DNA of 64,000 bases from an uncultured Clostridia bacterium. GTDB taxonomy: Bacteria; Bacillota; Clostridia; Christensenellales; UBA1242. Location: NCBI GenBank assembly GCA_944350265.1, contig CALVOG010000002.1:42567-106566 (forward strand), read 5' to 3'. The position numbers were made by a program, and so were the translations under genes. This document shows positions 54,716-64,000 of the stretch, one piece after another (the first letter of the stretch is position 1; every line of letters starts with the position of its first letter). The notes below the pieces were generated by a model. That model did not search any database and was not told the origin of the DNA. It worked only from the letters and a program-made list of their open reading frames with translations.

Positions 54716-56089
54716 ATGGATAAAAAATTGACAATGGATAAACTTGTGAACCTTTGCAAAAACAGGGGCTTTGTTTTTCAGGGTAGCGAAATTTATGGCG
54801 GATTTGCCAACACTTGGGATTTTGGACCAGTGGGTGTGGAACTTAAAAACAACATTAAGCGCGCTTGGTGGAAAAAATTTGTGCAGGAGGATAGCGCGTG
54901 CTATGGAATTGACGCCGCCATTCTTATGAACCCGCGCGTGTGGGAGGCGAGCGGTCACGTGCAGAGTTTTGGCGACCCGAAAATGGATTGCAAAAACTGC
55001 AAAACAAGACACCGCGCCGACACCATAATCGAAAACCACTCCAAAGGAACGGTCAGCGCCGAGGGAATGAGCAATGAGGAAATGGAGAAATACATTGAAG
55101 AGCATGACATCAAATGCCCTAACTGTGGGAAGCGTGATTGGACGCCGATAAGGAAATTCAACCCGATGTTCACCACTTCGCGCAATATGGTTGGTGACGA
55201 TAAGGATGTTGTTTACTTGCGCCCAGAAACTTGCCAAGGTGAATATGTCAACTTTTTGAACGTGCAGCGCACAATGCGCGCGAAAGTGCCGTTTGCTATT
55301 GCGCAAATTGGAAAATCTTTTAGAAACGAAATAACGCCCGGCAACTTCCTCTTTCGAACGGTGGAATTTGAGCAGATGGAACTGCAAATGTTTTGCCACG
55401 AGAAGGACAGTATGAATTTTTATAACACATATAAAGAGCGTGCGCTCAGTTTTGTGGAAAGTTTGGGGCTTAAAGCGGAAAACTTGCGCTTTCACGACCA
55501 CGACAAACTTGCACACTATGCTAAGGCGGCGTGCGACATTCAGTATAACTTTCCAATAGGCTGGCAGGAACTCAACGGCGTGCATCACAGAGGCACTTGG
55601 GATTTGTCGCGTCACGGCGAATACAGCGGAAAAGCGATGGACTATTTGGACCCATTCACAAACGAACGCTTCACGCCAAATGTCATTGAGTATTCGATTG
55701 GCGCGGACAGACTGATGCTCGCGGTGATGTGCGAGGCGTATGAGGAAGAAGCGCTCGAAAATGGCGAAACGCGCGTTGTTATGCACTTTTTGCCAGCACT
55801 TGCGCCATTCAAGGTTGCAATCCTACCTCTTCAAAAGAATTTAAGTGAAAAAGCAAGAGAGGTCTATTTAAAACTTTCCAAAAAGTTTATGTGCGATTAT
55901 GACGAGGCGGGTTCGATTGGCAAGCGTTATCGTAGACAAGACGAAATTGGCACGCCGTTCTGCGTAACCATCGACTTCGACACTCTTAACGACGAAACGG
56001 TGACGATTAGAGATAGAGATAGTATGAAACAAATTAGACTCAAAATTGACGAACTTGAAAATTACATCCAAAAGGCAATCGAGTTTTAA
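54716..56089 (+). CDS. glyQS: Glycine--tRNA ligase (homodimeric GlyQS type)
   Basis: Contains LVNLCKNRGFVFQGSEIYGGFANTWDFGPVGVELKNNIKRAWWKKFV and class II motifs such as FRNEITPGNFLFRTVEFEQME. 457 aa. Confidence 0.93.
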   Translation: MDKKLTMDKLVNLCKNRGFVFQGSEIYGGFANTWDFGPVGVELKNNIKRAWWKKFVQEDSACYGIDAAILMNPRVWEASGHVQSFGDPKMDCKNCKTRHRADTIIENHSKGTVSAEGMSNEEMEKYIEEHDIKCPNCGKRDWTPIRKFNPMFTTSRNMVGDDKDVVYLRPETCQGEYVNFLNVQRTMRAKVPFAIAQIGKSFRNEITPGNFLFRTVEFEQMELQMFCHEKDSMNFYNTYKERALSFVESLGLKAENLRFHDHDKLAHYAKAACDIQYNFPIGWQELNGVHHRGTWDLSRHGEYSGKAMDYLDPFTNERFTPNVIEYSIGADRLMLAVMCEAYEEEALENGETRVVMHFLPALAPFKVAILPLQKNLSEKAREVYLKLSKKFMCDYDEAGSIGKRYRRQDEIGTPFCVTIDFDTLNDETVTIRDRDSMKQIRLKIDELENYIQKAIEF

Positions 56090-56670
56090 ACTTTTTGGTA
56101 GAGAAAGTTAAACTTTAAAATTCTAAAAGGTGTTATGTTTTAAAACCAGCAAAAATTAAAAGGCGACAAATTTTTAAAGAGAATTAGACTTGAATGCGCT
56201 AATAGCAAAAGGCGATTTTGGTTTAAGGTAAAAAAATAAAAACAAAAAATAAAAAAACAAAAAAAACGAAAAAAAATACGCCAAAAATCATTTTTTGCGT
56301 ATTTTTTATATAAAAAATTAATTTAAAATGATTAATTTTTAAAAAATTAATTTAAAAAATATTTTAAATTAAAAACATATATGTTTTAATAAACAGTTTG
56401 CGTTGATTTTTTAATATTATTTTAAACGTTTAAAACCTACTTTTGCATTGTAAATTAGGCGCAAATAACCTTTATTTTAGGAAAAATAATTATGATAAAA
56501 AACTTTTAATAAAAATATCAAAGAAAGAAATATAAAAATTGGCAATAAAACATTAAAAAAATAATAACTTTTGATAAAAATATAAAAAAACAATAAAAAA
56601 TTCAAAAATCTCAACGAAATACACGTTAAATTAAAATTATTTTATAAAACTGACAAAATGCCAAGCAGGG

Positions 56671-56852
56671 AAAATGCTGTAAGGCAACTTCCAAGAAAGG
56701 CAGAATACTGTAAGATAACCTCCTAGAAAGAAATGATTGTAAATAATTTCTAAGAAAGATTAAATTGTTGTAAGATGACTTTCAAGGAAGAGAAAATGAT
56801 TGTAAGATAATTTTTAAAAACGCAAAACATATTGTAAGAAAATTTTAAAAAC
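56671..56852 (+). repeat. Six tandem degenerate ~31-bp repeats (core TGTAAGATAA..T.C.AAGAAAG)
   Basis: TGTAAG/TGTAAA cores at 56678, 56709, 56738, 56769, 56801 and 56833 (spacing 29-32 bp). A related copy lies near 56888. Confidence 0.75.
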
Positions 56853-56925
56853 AATTTAAAGAGAATATTTGCTTACAAAAAAAATAAAGTAAGATATTTC
56901 TGCAAAGGTAATTTAAAGCGGATGC

Positions 56926-57630
56926 TTATTTAGAAAAGATATCTAAAATTTGCAGAAAATAGTTTTGGTAGAGGTGAGACGACAGTATCCCGCTGTCGAC
57001 AAATTTTGAAAGACTTTCGCTTATCCCTATCATTGAAAGAAAAGAGAGTAGCATAAATAGTAGCATCGCAACGATTAGTCCTTTTATAATTCCCAAAAGA
57101 AAACCAAAAACGCGGTTAATTTTCATTGCGCCAGAAAGCGTAATCGTCTTGTTGAGTAGAAAAGATATGACGCGCGATAGGATGGATATAATAAAAAACA
57201 AAATCAAAAAGAGCGCAACCTTAAAGACCACACCGCACACCGTCGGCGCTAAAATTTCGCCCAAAGTTAGATTGCCAGAAAAGGTGATGTTTTTAAGTAA
57301 TTTTTGCACCACTAATCTTAGTATGTTGTTTTCGATTAAACTTGTTGCCGAGAGCGCTTCGCTTGTGGACGAAAATGTGCCTGGCATAAAACCGTCAAAG
57401 AGGTCTTTTAGAAAGTTAAAAATGGAATCGTGTAACGGTGAGCCGACTAAGTTTTCCGCCAAAATGTTTGCGAGATAAAAAGATATCAAAAAAACAAAGC
57501 AAAAGCGAAATGCGGAAAAAATCATCCGCACTGCGCCTTTATAAAAGCCGACAAAGCCGTAGGTGAGCGATATCAAAATTAAAAGAATATCCACACAAAA
57601 ATTTTTGCCAAAAAGCACGTGGATAATCAA
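56926..57630 (-). CDS. cvpA: CvpA-family membrane protein
   Basis: The N-terminal pattern DILLILISLTYGFVGFYKGAVRMIFSAF and several TM helices are typical of CvpA. The exact start is uncertain. Confidence 0.6.
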   Translation of the reverse strand: MIIHVLFGKNFCVDILLILISLTYGFVGFYKGAVRMIFSAFRFCFVFLISFYLANILAENLVGSPLHDSIFNFLKDLFDGFMPGTFSSTSEALSATSLIENNILRLVVQKLLKNITFSGNLTLGEILAPTVCGVVFKVALFLILFFIISILSRVISFLLNKTITLSGAMKINRVFGFLLGIIKGLIVAMLLFMLLSFLSMIGISESLSKFVDSGILSSHLYQNYFLQILDIFSK

Positions 57631-57970
57631 AAGTAGGCAAAATTAGCAAACATCGTTAATTTAAACAGTGATTATTGCGCAATTTGCGAAACTCAACTTA
57701 CTTAAATTTAACGTTAGCTGTTTTGCGATATTATAACCCTTACGTCATTGTTAAAATAGGCGTTGCTGTGTGGTTAAAAAGGCAAAAAATTTGGTTGAAT
57801 TTCGTTAAAATAAGAAGTATTTATCACGCTATTTGAAAAAAATTGTTATGGTTTGGTTAATGTTAGTCATACTAATTAAAAGAGATATAGCTTTAACTAA
57901 AAGACGGCGCTGGCGGAGAAAGTCGTTGTGTTTTTGCTAACATTTGTCATATTGATTAAAAAGAAAGACT

Positions 57971-58312
57971 TTAGCTGATATGGTTGTGGTTAAAATAAAT
58001 TTCATAACTGCCTGAAAGTGTTATTGCTTTATTAAAATGGGCATCGTCTTTGCTTGAAAGTGTGGTTGAAGTTGTGGCTGGTGGTAACTTATTGATTTCT
58101 TCCTCCAAATTATTTATTTTGCCGTTCAGTGTGATGATAATAACAAGTTCGACGACGATGGCAACGGATAAGAGTATGATAAGAACGGTGGAAAAAATAT
58201 TGAAAAACTTATTTGGTTTTTCTTCTTGCTTTTCTGCCACCTTCTCCTCGTCTTTTAAATTTAATTCTCTTTCTAGTTTTTCCTTCGATAATTTTATTTT
58301 CATCATTTTCAT
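57971..58312 (-). CDS. divIC: Septum formation initiator (DivIC/FtsB-like), start uncertain
   Basis: A charged N-terminal tail, one TM (FFNIFSTVLIILLSVAIVVELVIIITL) and a short coiled coil (NGKINNLEEEINKL). The position after yabP-yabQ matches the B. subtilis gene order. Confidence 0.5.
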   Translation of the reverse strand: MKMMKIKLSKEKLERELNLKDEEKVAEKQEEKPNKFFNIFSTVLIILLSVAIVVELVIIITLNGKINNLEEEINKLPPATTSTTLSSKDDAHFNKAITLSGSYEIYFNHNHIS

Positions 58313-58613
58313 TGTAACACAAAGGCGGATTTTTTGCAAGAAGATAGCCGAAAAAATAGCGCTCTATGGCAAGCGAAAGTGAGAAGCAAAAAACCGGATA
58401 TAGACGAATTTCTCCATAATTAAATTTGAGATTTATTATATAGAAAATAAAAATCGAAAAAAATATGCAAAAAATCATTAAAAAATCGCAAAAAAAGTGG
58501 TTTTTTATGCGTTTTTTCGCAATGTTTAGCGCGTCAAAAATAAATCCGCTTAAAAAACCAGAAAAAATTAATATAAAAAATAGGGCAGGTTGTGATAAGG
58601 TTTCGTAAAGCAC
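58209..58613 (-). CDS. yabQ: Spore cortex biosynthesis protein YabQ-like membrane protein
   Basis: Small polytopic protein starting MLYETLSQPALFFILIFSGFLSGFIFD. It is coupled to yabP by a 1-nt overlap. Confidence 0.6.
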   Translation of the reverse strand: MLYETLSQPALFFILIFSGFLSGFIFDALNIAKKRIKNHFFCDFLMIFCIFFSIFIFYIINLKFNYGEIRLYPVFCFSLSLAIERYFFGYLLAKNPPLCYNENDENKIIEGKTRKRIKFKRRGEGGRKARRKTK

Positions 58614-58864
58614 TATTTAAAAATCCTTTTCAGTAGCCCAATTTTTTCCTTTTTATGCTCGAATTTAACTCCCGTGATTATGCCTGTGAATTTGACCTCT
58701 TTGCTTTCAAGGTTAAGGTTGACAACCTCTAAATTCTCTCCGCTTATCACAGCCACGCCGTTTTCAAGTTCAACAACAGCCTCTTTTTGTGTTGATGCGG
58801 TGACCTTGTTTGCGCCGATAAGTTCAATTTCGTTGCGGTTAAAGATTGTGATTTTTTCGTTCAT
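58613..58864 (-). CDS. yabP: Sporulation protein YabP
   Basis: 83 aa, with the typical pattern ITIFNRNEIELIGANKVTASTQKEAVVELENGVAVISGENLEVVNLNLE. Confidence 0.7.
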   Translation of the reverse strand: MNEKITIFNRNEIELIGANKVTASTQKEAVVELENGVAVISGENLEVVNLNLESKEVKFTGIITGVKFEHKKEKIGLLKRIFK

Positions 58865-59197
58865 AAAAACTCCTACTATCTATTATACAATTTTTTTCGA
58901 TTATTAGAACACATTTATTTGCATTAAAGGGGGTAAAGAATCGGCGAAAAGGTGGATGTTGCGGTTAAATTGGACAAAAAATAGATGCTGAAAAATGATA
59001 TTTATCTACAATTTTCCACTTAGAAAAGCATTTAAGTTTGTTCCAAAGAACTAAAAAAACGCTTATTAAAAGTTGGAAACTTAGAAATTTAGCATAATTA
59101 TCAAAAATAAAGGCTAAAAATTGAATAAGTTTATAAAAAAACAAAAATCCATAAAAATATAGTTGAAATTTGCGCGCAAATTCGTTAAAATGATGCT

Positions 59198-60010
59198 ATG
59201 GTTAAGAAAGAATATTTGGTGGAAAAGGAAGGCAAAATCTCGTCCATACTTTGCGAGAAAGGGTTTTCTTATAACGAAGTACTTAAAATGTTGCGCCTCA
59301 AAGACGTGCGCGTGAACGACAAGAAGGTGGGCGAGGATGCGCTGGTTTTTGCGGGCGACAGGTTGACGGTGTTTTGCAAAAGCGAGCCTAAGTTCTTCGA
59401 GCCTGTTTTTGACGGAGAAGAGGTTTTGTTTGTGTATAAATTTGCTGGAATTGAAACCGAAGCCTTGGGTGAAATGCTGGGCGTTTTTGCCGTGCATAGG
59501 TTGGATAGAAACACTGAGGGGCTTGTTGTTTTTGCTAAAAATGAAAGCGCGAAGAAGAAGTTGGATATTGCGTTTAAAGAGAGGCGCGTGAAGAAATTTT
59601 ATCTTGCCGAAGTGGTTGGCGATTTTATTGCCAACGCTTTATTTAAAGCATACTTAAAAAAGGATGCTGAAAAGGCGCTGGTGAAAATTTACGATAAGAA
59701 AGTGCCATTTTCAAAAGAAATTGAAACTGAAATTGAAACCTTAAAGCATAGCAAAGAGAGTAGCCTTTTGAAAGTGCGAATCATAGGCGGAAAAACGCAC
59801 CAAATTCGCGCGCACCTTGCTTTTTTGGGGCATCCAATAATAGGCGACGGAAAATATGGCAGGCGCGAAGAGTATAAAAAATTCAATTTTAAGCATCAAA
59901 GATTGTTTGCGTATAAAATCGCCTTCGAAGATGTTGGGATTACGGAATTGAACGGCAGAGAGTTTACGAAAATTCCAAAGGAGTTCGAAAAACTAAATTT
60001 AAAAATTTAA
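59198..60010 (+). CDS. RluA-family pseudouridine synthase with N-terminal S4-like domain
   Basis: Catalytic motif HRLDRNTEGLVVFAKN. Also KTHQIRAHLAFLGHPIIGDGKYG. Confidence 0.85.
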   Translation: MVKKEYLVEKEGKISSILCEKGFSYNEVLKMLRLKDVRVNDKKVGEDALVFAGDRLTVFCKSEPKFFEPVFDGEEVLFVYKFAGIETEALGEMLGVFAVHRLDRNTEGLVVFAKNESAKKKLDIAFKERRVKKFYLAEVVGDFIANALFKAYLKKDAEKALVKIYDKKVPFSKEIETEIETLKHSKESSLLKVRIIGGKTHQIRAHLAFLGHPIIGDGKYGRREEYKKFNFKHQRLFAYKIAFEDVGITELNGREFTKIPKEFEKLNLKI

Positions 60011-60214
60011 GTGTTATTTTAACTGTAAAGAGTCTTGGCTCATATATCTTTAAATTAGCCTATCAAAATTACAAAGATCGGTTGCAGTAAAGTTTCCTTT
60101 AACATATTAACTTTATCCAATTTGATATATGTTCCTAGAAAAATCTCTTAATCAAACTGTTATATGTTTTGAGGCGCAATGCCCTCTTTTCTTGCCAAGA
60201 GGAAGTAAAAAAAG

Positions 60215-60736
60215 TTGCAAAATAGTGACAAAAAAGAGAGATTTTTCATAAGTGAAAAGGTGAGTAAATTTTTAAAAAATTCCTATTATGAAGGGCTTTT
60301 GCAAGACCTTTTTTGCGAAAAAGACGGATTTTTTTCGATTTTTTTGCATTTTTTCTATCAAAAAAATCAAATTTCCAAATTTTATCCAAATTTTTTAGAA
60401 GATTTTGCTGGGCTTTTGAACCTTGAAGAGAAGGCGTGTGCAAAGGTAAGCGAACTTATCATTGAACTTGGTGGTGATGCAAAATTTTATTCGGCAAATC
60501 GCAAATTTTTTTCGACAAGCGGGCTGGACTATGTGAAGAATTTAGCGTCCATTTTGGAGATGGATATTGAACTTGTGGAAAAAAGTGTGATTGATGTTCG
60601 AAGGGCATATGCAAAAATTGAAAATGCAAACATCCGCGCTTCGCTTAACGAAATTTTGATATGGAAGAATGAGGAATTAAAAATTTTAAAAGATTGCTTC
60701 TTAATGCTTGAAGACAAAGATGCCACGACTAATTAA
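60215..60736 (+). CDS. Hypothetical protein (possibly a helical-bundle/ferritin-like fold), start uncertain
   Basis: Track ORF starting at TTG. No confident family recognition. Confidence 0.35.
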   Translation: MQNSDKKERFFISEKVSKFLKNSYYEGLLQDLFCEKDGFFSIFLHFFYQKNQISKFYPNFLEDFAGLLNLEEKACAKVSELIIELGGDAKFYSANRKFFSTSGLDYVKNLASILEMDIELVEKSVIDVRRAYAKIENANIRASLNEILIWKNEELKILKDCFLMLEDKDATTN

Positions 60737-61309
60737 AACCTTAATTAAAAAATTAAAAGCTATGCGCCTAAAATATTATAATGGGAAAACTTGCTAAGTG
60801 GAAGGCTTGTGGAACGTTGCGTTTTGTAAAATGAAAAGTTTGTATAACAAATAGTTTAGGAGTGAAATGGCTTGCTCCACAAATTATTAATGAATAAAAA
60901 AACAAGTCAGCCATATAAAACGCTAAAATGAAAAACGATAATTTGCAAAACAAAAAAATATAAAATAAAAAAAATAATAAAATTATTGAAAAAATGTTAA
61001 AAAAATCAAAAAAATCAAAAAAAATAGATAAAAAATAAATAAAAAGTAGATAAAATATGGCAAAAATAGAAAAATAATAAAATTGCAAAATGTGGAAAAG
61101 CTGACAAGTAAAGAATGGAAGAAAAGCTAATTAAGAGCGAAAACAAAGTAAATTAAATAAGCGGAATAAAAACAAGAAAAACAAGTAATTGGTAAAAATT
61201 AATGAATAATTAATTAAATAAATTTTATTTATTTTTTTATTTATTTTATTTGATAAATTTATGTAATTAGTGGTAAAATATTTTTATGAAAAATAAAAGT
61301 GAGGGAAGT

Positions 61310-64000
61310 ATGAAAAAGTTTTCGCTTTTCTTCGTGGCGGTGTTTTCGCTCTTCGCGGGAGTCTTTCTTTCCGCGTGTGATTTTAAAACGCCTAAGGTGA
61401 AATTCTCTAAGGAGGCTATGGCGATATCCATCACGGACACGATTAACTTTGACGACATTGTTTCGCTTAAAGATGTGGACAAGAAAAAGGTGGAGTATAA
61501 ATTTTCGTCTGCCTCTTTTTTCTCGTTTGAAAACAATGTGCTGACACCAACCTCCTACGGGCAAACGATGGTTTACGCAACATACGAGGGTAACAGTTTA
61601 GACAATTTTCATTTGGTTGTGAAAAAGCCGTTTGAGCAGGTTGCGAACATTGAAATGGACGACAACGGGCTTGTGACTTGGAATATGGTGGTGGACAGGT
61701 TTGACGAAACCGAGGACTTTGTCACCGCTTCGAAATATCATATCGATATTCACTTTGAGGACGAGGACACAAGTGAAGAAAGCGACAGCAGTTTTGATTT
61801 AAATTCGACCTCCTACCAACTTGTTGACAACGGCAAATACACGATTAAGATAACCGCTATGGCAGAGGGCAAGTTTGACGCGTCGCCGGTTGCCGAGAAA
61901 GTGGTGTATTTTGGATATATGCCACAACTTACATACGAAGATTTTTCCTTTGACCTCGAAAGCGAGACGATGACGTGGAGCGAAGTTGCGGGCGCCACAT
62001 ATTCGGCAACATTTAACGGCAAAGAGCTTCTTTCAAAGAGCGAAGAGAACTCGCTAGAGAACTCGCTATCTCTTGCCGAAGAACTTAGCGCGCTTGATGC
62101 GGGCGAATACCTTTTCACGGTGACAACGCACGACAAGGAAGGGCTTAAAATAAGTAAAGAAAGTGAAAGCGTCACAATCTCTAAACTTGACGCTCCAACG
62201 GCGGAATATGTGTTTAACAGCGAAGAGGGCGGACAAATGAAAATTATTCGCGGTGAAGGTGCGCTTAAAGCGAGCGCGCAAGTTGGCGAAAAAAGTTTTC
62301 AGTTTGACGAAGAGGAAGCGCTCACCTCTTTTGAAGGCGTGCCGAGTGGCGAAAACGAGGTGAGATTGCAGTCTTTGGCAGTTACAAGTAAGCGCGACGG
62401 CGTATTTTACGCGGATAGCGACATCATATCGGGCGCCACAATCTTCAAACTTGACTCACTTTCAATAAACGGTGCGGGCGAAAACGAAGAGAATGCTGAC
62501 GCCATTAACATAACCTTCTCATCCTCCACGCAAACGCAGGAAACTTCTTTTAGAACGCTTTTAACGCTTGGCGACGAGGTCAAGGCGGTGACTTTAGATG
62601 GCTTCACGGCGGGGATAGCGGAAACGCAAAAGGCGATTGACCTTTTTGGCGCGGGAGAATATTCTCTTGTTGCTTACAATATTCCAAAGGTATCAACAAC
62701 AGCAAGCGGGGCTTACATAATTAACTCTAATTTAAGCGAGGAATTCAACTTTACAAAACTTGCTACGCTTCCTTCAGTCACTCACGCATATGAGGGCGAT
62801 GCGTCGACAATTTCCTTCGAATCCGCCTCGAGCGCACTAAATTATCAACTTTTTGTTAAAAACGGCGCTGAGTATGAGGCGGTTGGCGAAGAACTTGCAA
62901 GTTACGCCGACGGCAAGTTCACTTTCAGTGGAAATGTGGAGGATATCTTCCAAGACGAACACTTTATTGATGGCACTATCACCTTTAAAATTGTGGCAAG
63001 CGGAGATGACAAGAGCGTGATTTCTTCCGCCACTGAAAAGGTTCTGAAAAGGTTAAGTGCAACAACAAGCGAAAGTGGCGACAGCGCGCTTACCACCTAT
63101 TCGTGGAGCGAAGTTGCGGGCGCTAAAGCCTATAACCTGCGCTATGCTTATATAACCAGCGACGATTATGACGAAATGCGCGCGCAAACGTCCTTTGAAG
63201 ATGTTATCAAAGTGGACAAGCCAAGTGCGGAACTTTCGGCGGGGCAATACTACTACGTGCAAATTGTGGCAACGCCAGAGGATGAAAACAACAACTTAAA
63301 TTCCTATGTTTTTGAAGATTTCTTCTATATTTCCAAGCAAATCGAAACGCCGAGTGTGACGTTTGGCTATGATTTAGAGAAGGCAACTGGCGACTTTGTT
63401 GAGGCGTCAGGCTTCTTTGTGGGCGTTAAAAATGTGGAAAATATGGCAGGCACGCGGGTGACCGTGAACGGCGCTATGGCAGATTATAACTTCACGGGCG
63501 ACGGCGAAACATTTTTCCTTTTCCTTAATAGGTTTGAAAATGTCAGTGGCGACACATTAAGCGTTGTGGCAACGGCAACTGATTCGCGTCTTTACCCAGA
63601 CAGCACGCCTTATGAGGTTCTTGTGAAGCGCCTAACAGCAACCGAAAGCGCGATAAGAAGTTTTGTTGAGATTGACGAATTTTCTTCCAAATTCACCTTG
63701 CATAGCGGTATGGAAGGTGTTAAGGAGATGTATATCAAAGAAAAAGACGAAAATTTCGGCACGGGCGATGAGAATAACGATGCGGTTTTGAATATTTCCA
63801 AAATGAACGGCGAATATTTCACAGTTAAATTGTTTGGAAGCGAGTTTAACAGCGAAACACACCTCTATGAAATTGAAAATGTGGACGGCAAAAATGTTGT
63901 TTACATTGAGAGCGCCGAAGAGCGATATAAACTCTCTCGCATAAGCGCACCAACCGACTTTAAGTTCTATGACGGCGATTTCACTTTTACGACGAATGAA
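61310..64000 (+). CDS. Large surface lipoprotein, first 897 codons (the ORF runs off the window end)
   Basis: ATG at 61310 follows GAGGGA. The signal MKKFSLFFVAVFSLFAGVFLSAC has the lipobox LSAC. By-eye translation stays open. W-S-E-V-A-G-A-x-x-Y segments recur, suggesting FN3-like modules. It is absent from the track because it has no in-window stop. Confidence 0.75.
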   Translation, partial: MKKFSLFFVAVFSLFAGVFLSACDFKTPKVKFSKEAMAISITDTINFDDIVSLKDVDKKKVEYKFSSASFFSFENNVLTPTSYGQTMVYATYEGNSLDNFHLVVKKPFEQVANIEMDDNGLVTWNMVVDRFDETEDFVTASKYHIDIHFEDEDTSEESDSSFDLNSTSYQLVDNGKYTIKITAMAEGKFDASPVAEKVVYFGYMPQLTYEDFSFDLESETMTWSEVAGATYSATFNGKELLSKSEENSLENSLSLAEELSALDAGEYLFTVTTHDKEGLKISKESESVTISKLDAPTAEYVFNSEEGGQMKIIRGEGALKASAQVGEKSFQFDEEEALTSFEGVPSGENEVRLQSLAVTSKRDGVFYADSDIISGATIFKLDSLSINGAGENEENADAINITFSSSTQTQETSFRTLLTLGDEVKAVTLDGFTAGIAETQKAIDLFGAGEYSLVAYNIPKVSTTASGAYIINSNLSEEFNFTKLATLPSVTHAYEGDASTISFESASSALNYQLFVKNGAEYEAVGEELASYADGKFTFSGNVEDIFQDEHFIDGTITFKIVASGDDKSVISSATEKVLKRLSATTSESGDSALTTYSWSEVAGAKAYNLRYAYITSDDYDEMRAQTSFEDVIKVDKPSAELSAGQYYYVQIVATPEDENNNLNSYVFEDFFYISKQIETPSVTFGYDLEKATGDFVEASGFFVGVKNVENMAGTRVTVNGAMADYNFTGDGETFFLFLNRFENVSGDTLSVVATATDSRLYPDSTPYEVLVKRLTATESAIRSFVEIDEFSSKFTLHSGMEGVKEMYIKEKDENFGTGDENNDAVLNISKMNGEYFTVKLFGSEFNSETHLYEIENVDGKNVVYIESAEERYKLSRISAPTDFKFYDGDFTFTTNE

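Noticed and set aside
54638-55786. A 382-aa minus-strand ORF.
   Set aside because: It is entirely antisense to glyQS, which has unmistakable class II aaRS motifs. The product is Arg/Phe/His-rich with no recognisable features.

Overview
This 64-kb window is the replication-origin neighbourhood of a low-GC, Firmicutes-type anaerobe. Endospore-lineage markers (yabP, yabQ) and anaerobe markers (rubrerythrin, desulfoferrodoxin, NrdDG) are present. In order, the window holds a ZIP metal transporter, tRNA-Ser(GCU), rubrerythrin, a four-site parS array next to parB-parA, then mnmE-mnmG-rsmG and an inverted recF. Next come dnaA, a cluster of co-oriented DnaA boxes with an AT-rich stretch, dnaN, and rpmH-rnpA-yidD-yidC. 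A mixed block of about 14.6 kb follows: a degenerate M78/Fic fusion, two-subunit aconitase X, a diiron-like protein, a TM2 protein, an amidase, a DUF2207 lipoprotein, an EEP-family protein, desulfoferrodoxin, tRNA-Ser(UGA), a DUF4116 repeat protein, a small kinase and deoD. After it come jag/khpB, nrdD-nrdG-dut with NrdR boxes, a YugP-like Zn peptidase, T-box-glyQS, cvpA, divIC-like/yabQ/yabP and an RluA-type synthase. Both window edges carry very large surface-protein genes that the ORF track omits only because they have no stop codon inside the window. One is a >=4,453-codon Listeria-Bacteroides-repeat protein (1-13360, minus strand). The other is a >=897-codon lipoprotein (61310-64000, plus strand). 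Intergenic spacers are unusually long, extremely AT-rich and full of short tandem or interspersed repeats. I found no convincing multi-gene defence, mobile-element, CRISPR or biosynthetic system. The most unusual items are the giant mosaic adhesin-like gene, the M78/Fic fusion with both catalytic motifs degenerate, a YidC with a greatly expanded extracytoplasmic loop, the scrambled origin synteny, and several orphan repeat or operator-like arrays (5 x 22 bp, 6-7 x 31 bp, 3 x 20-bp palindromes). All calls rest on by-eye translation and recalled family motifs; no database search, HMM or folding could be run. Sub-feature coordinates inside large genes are approximate.
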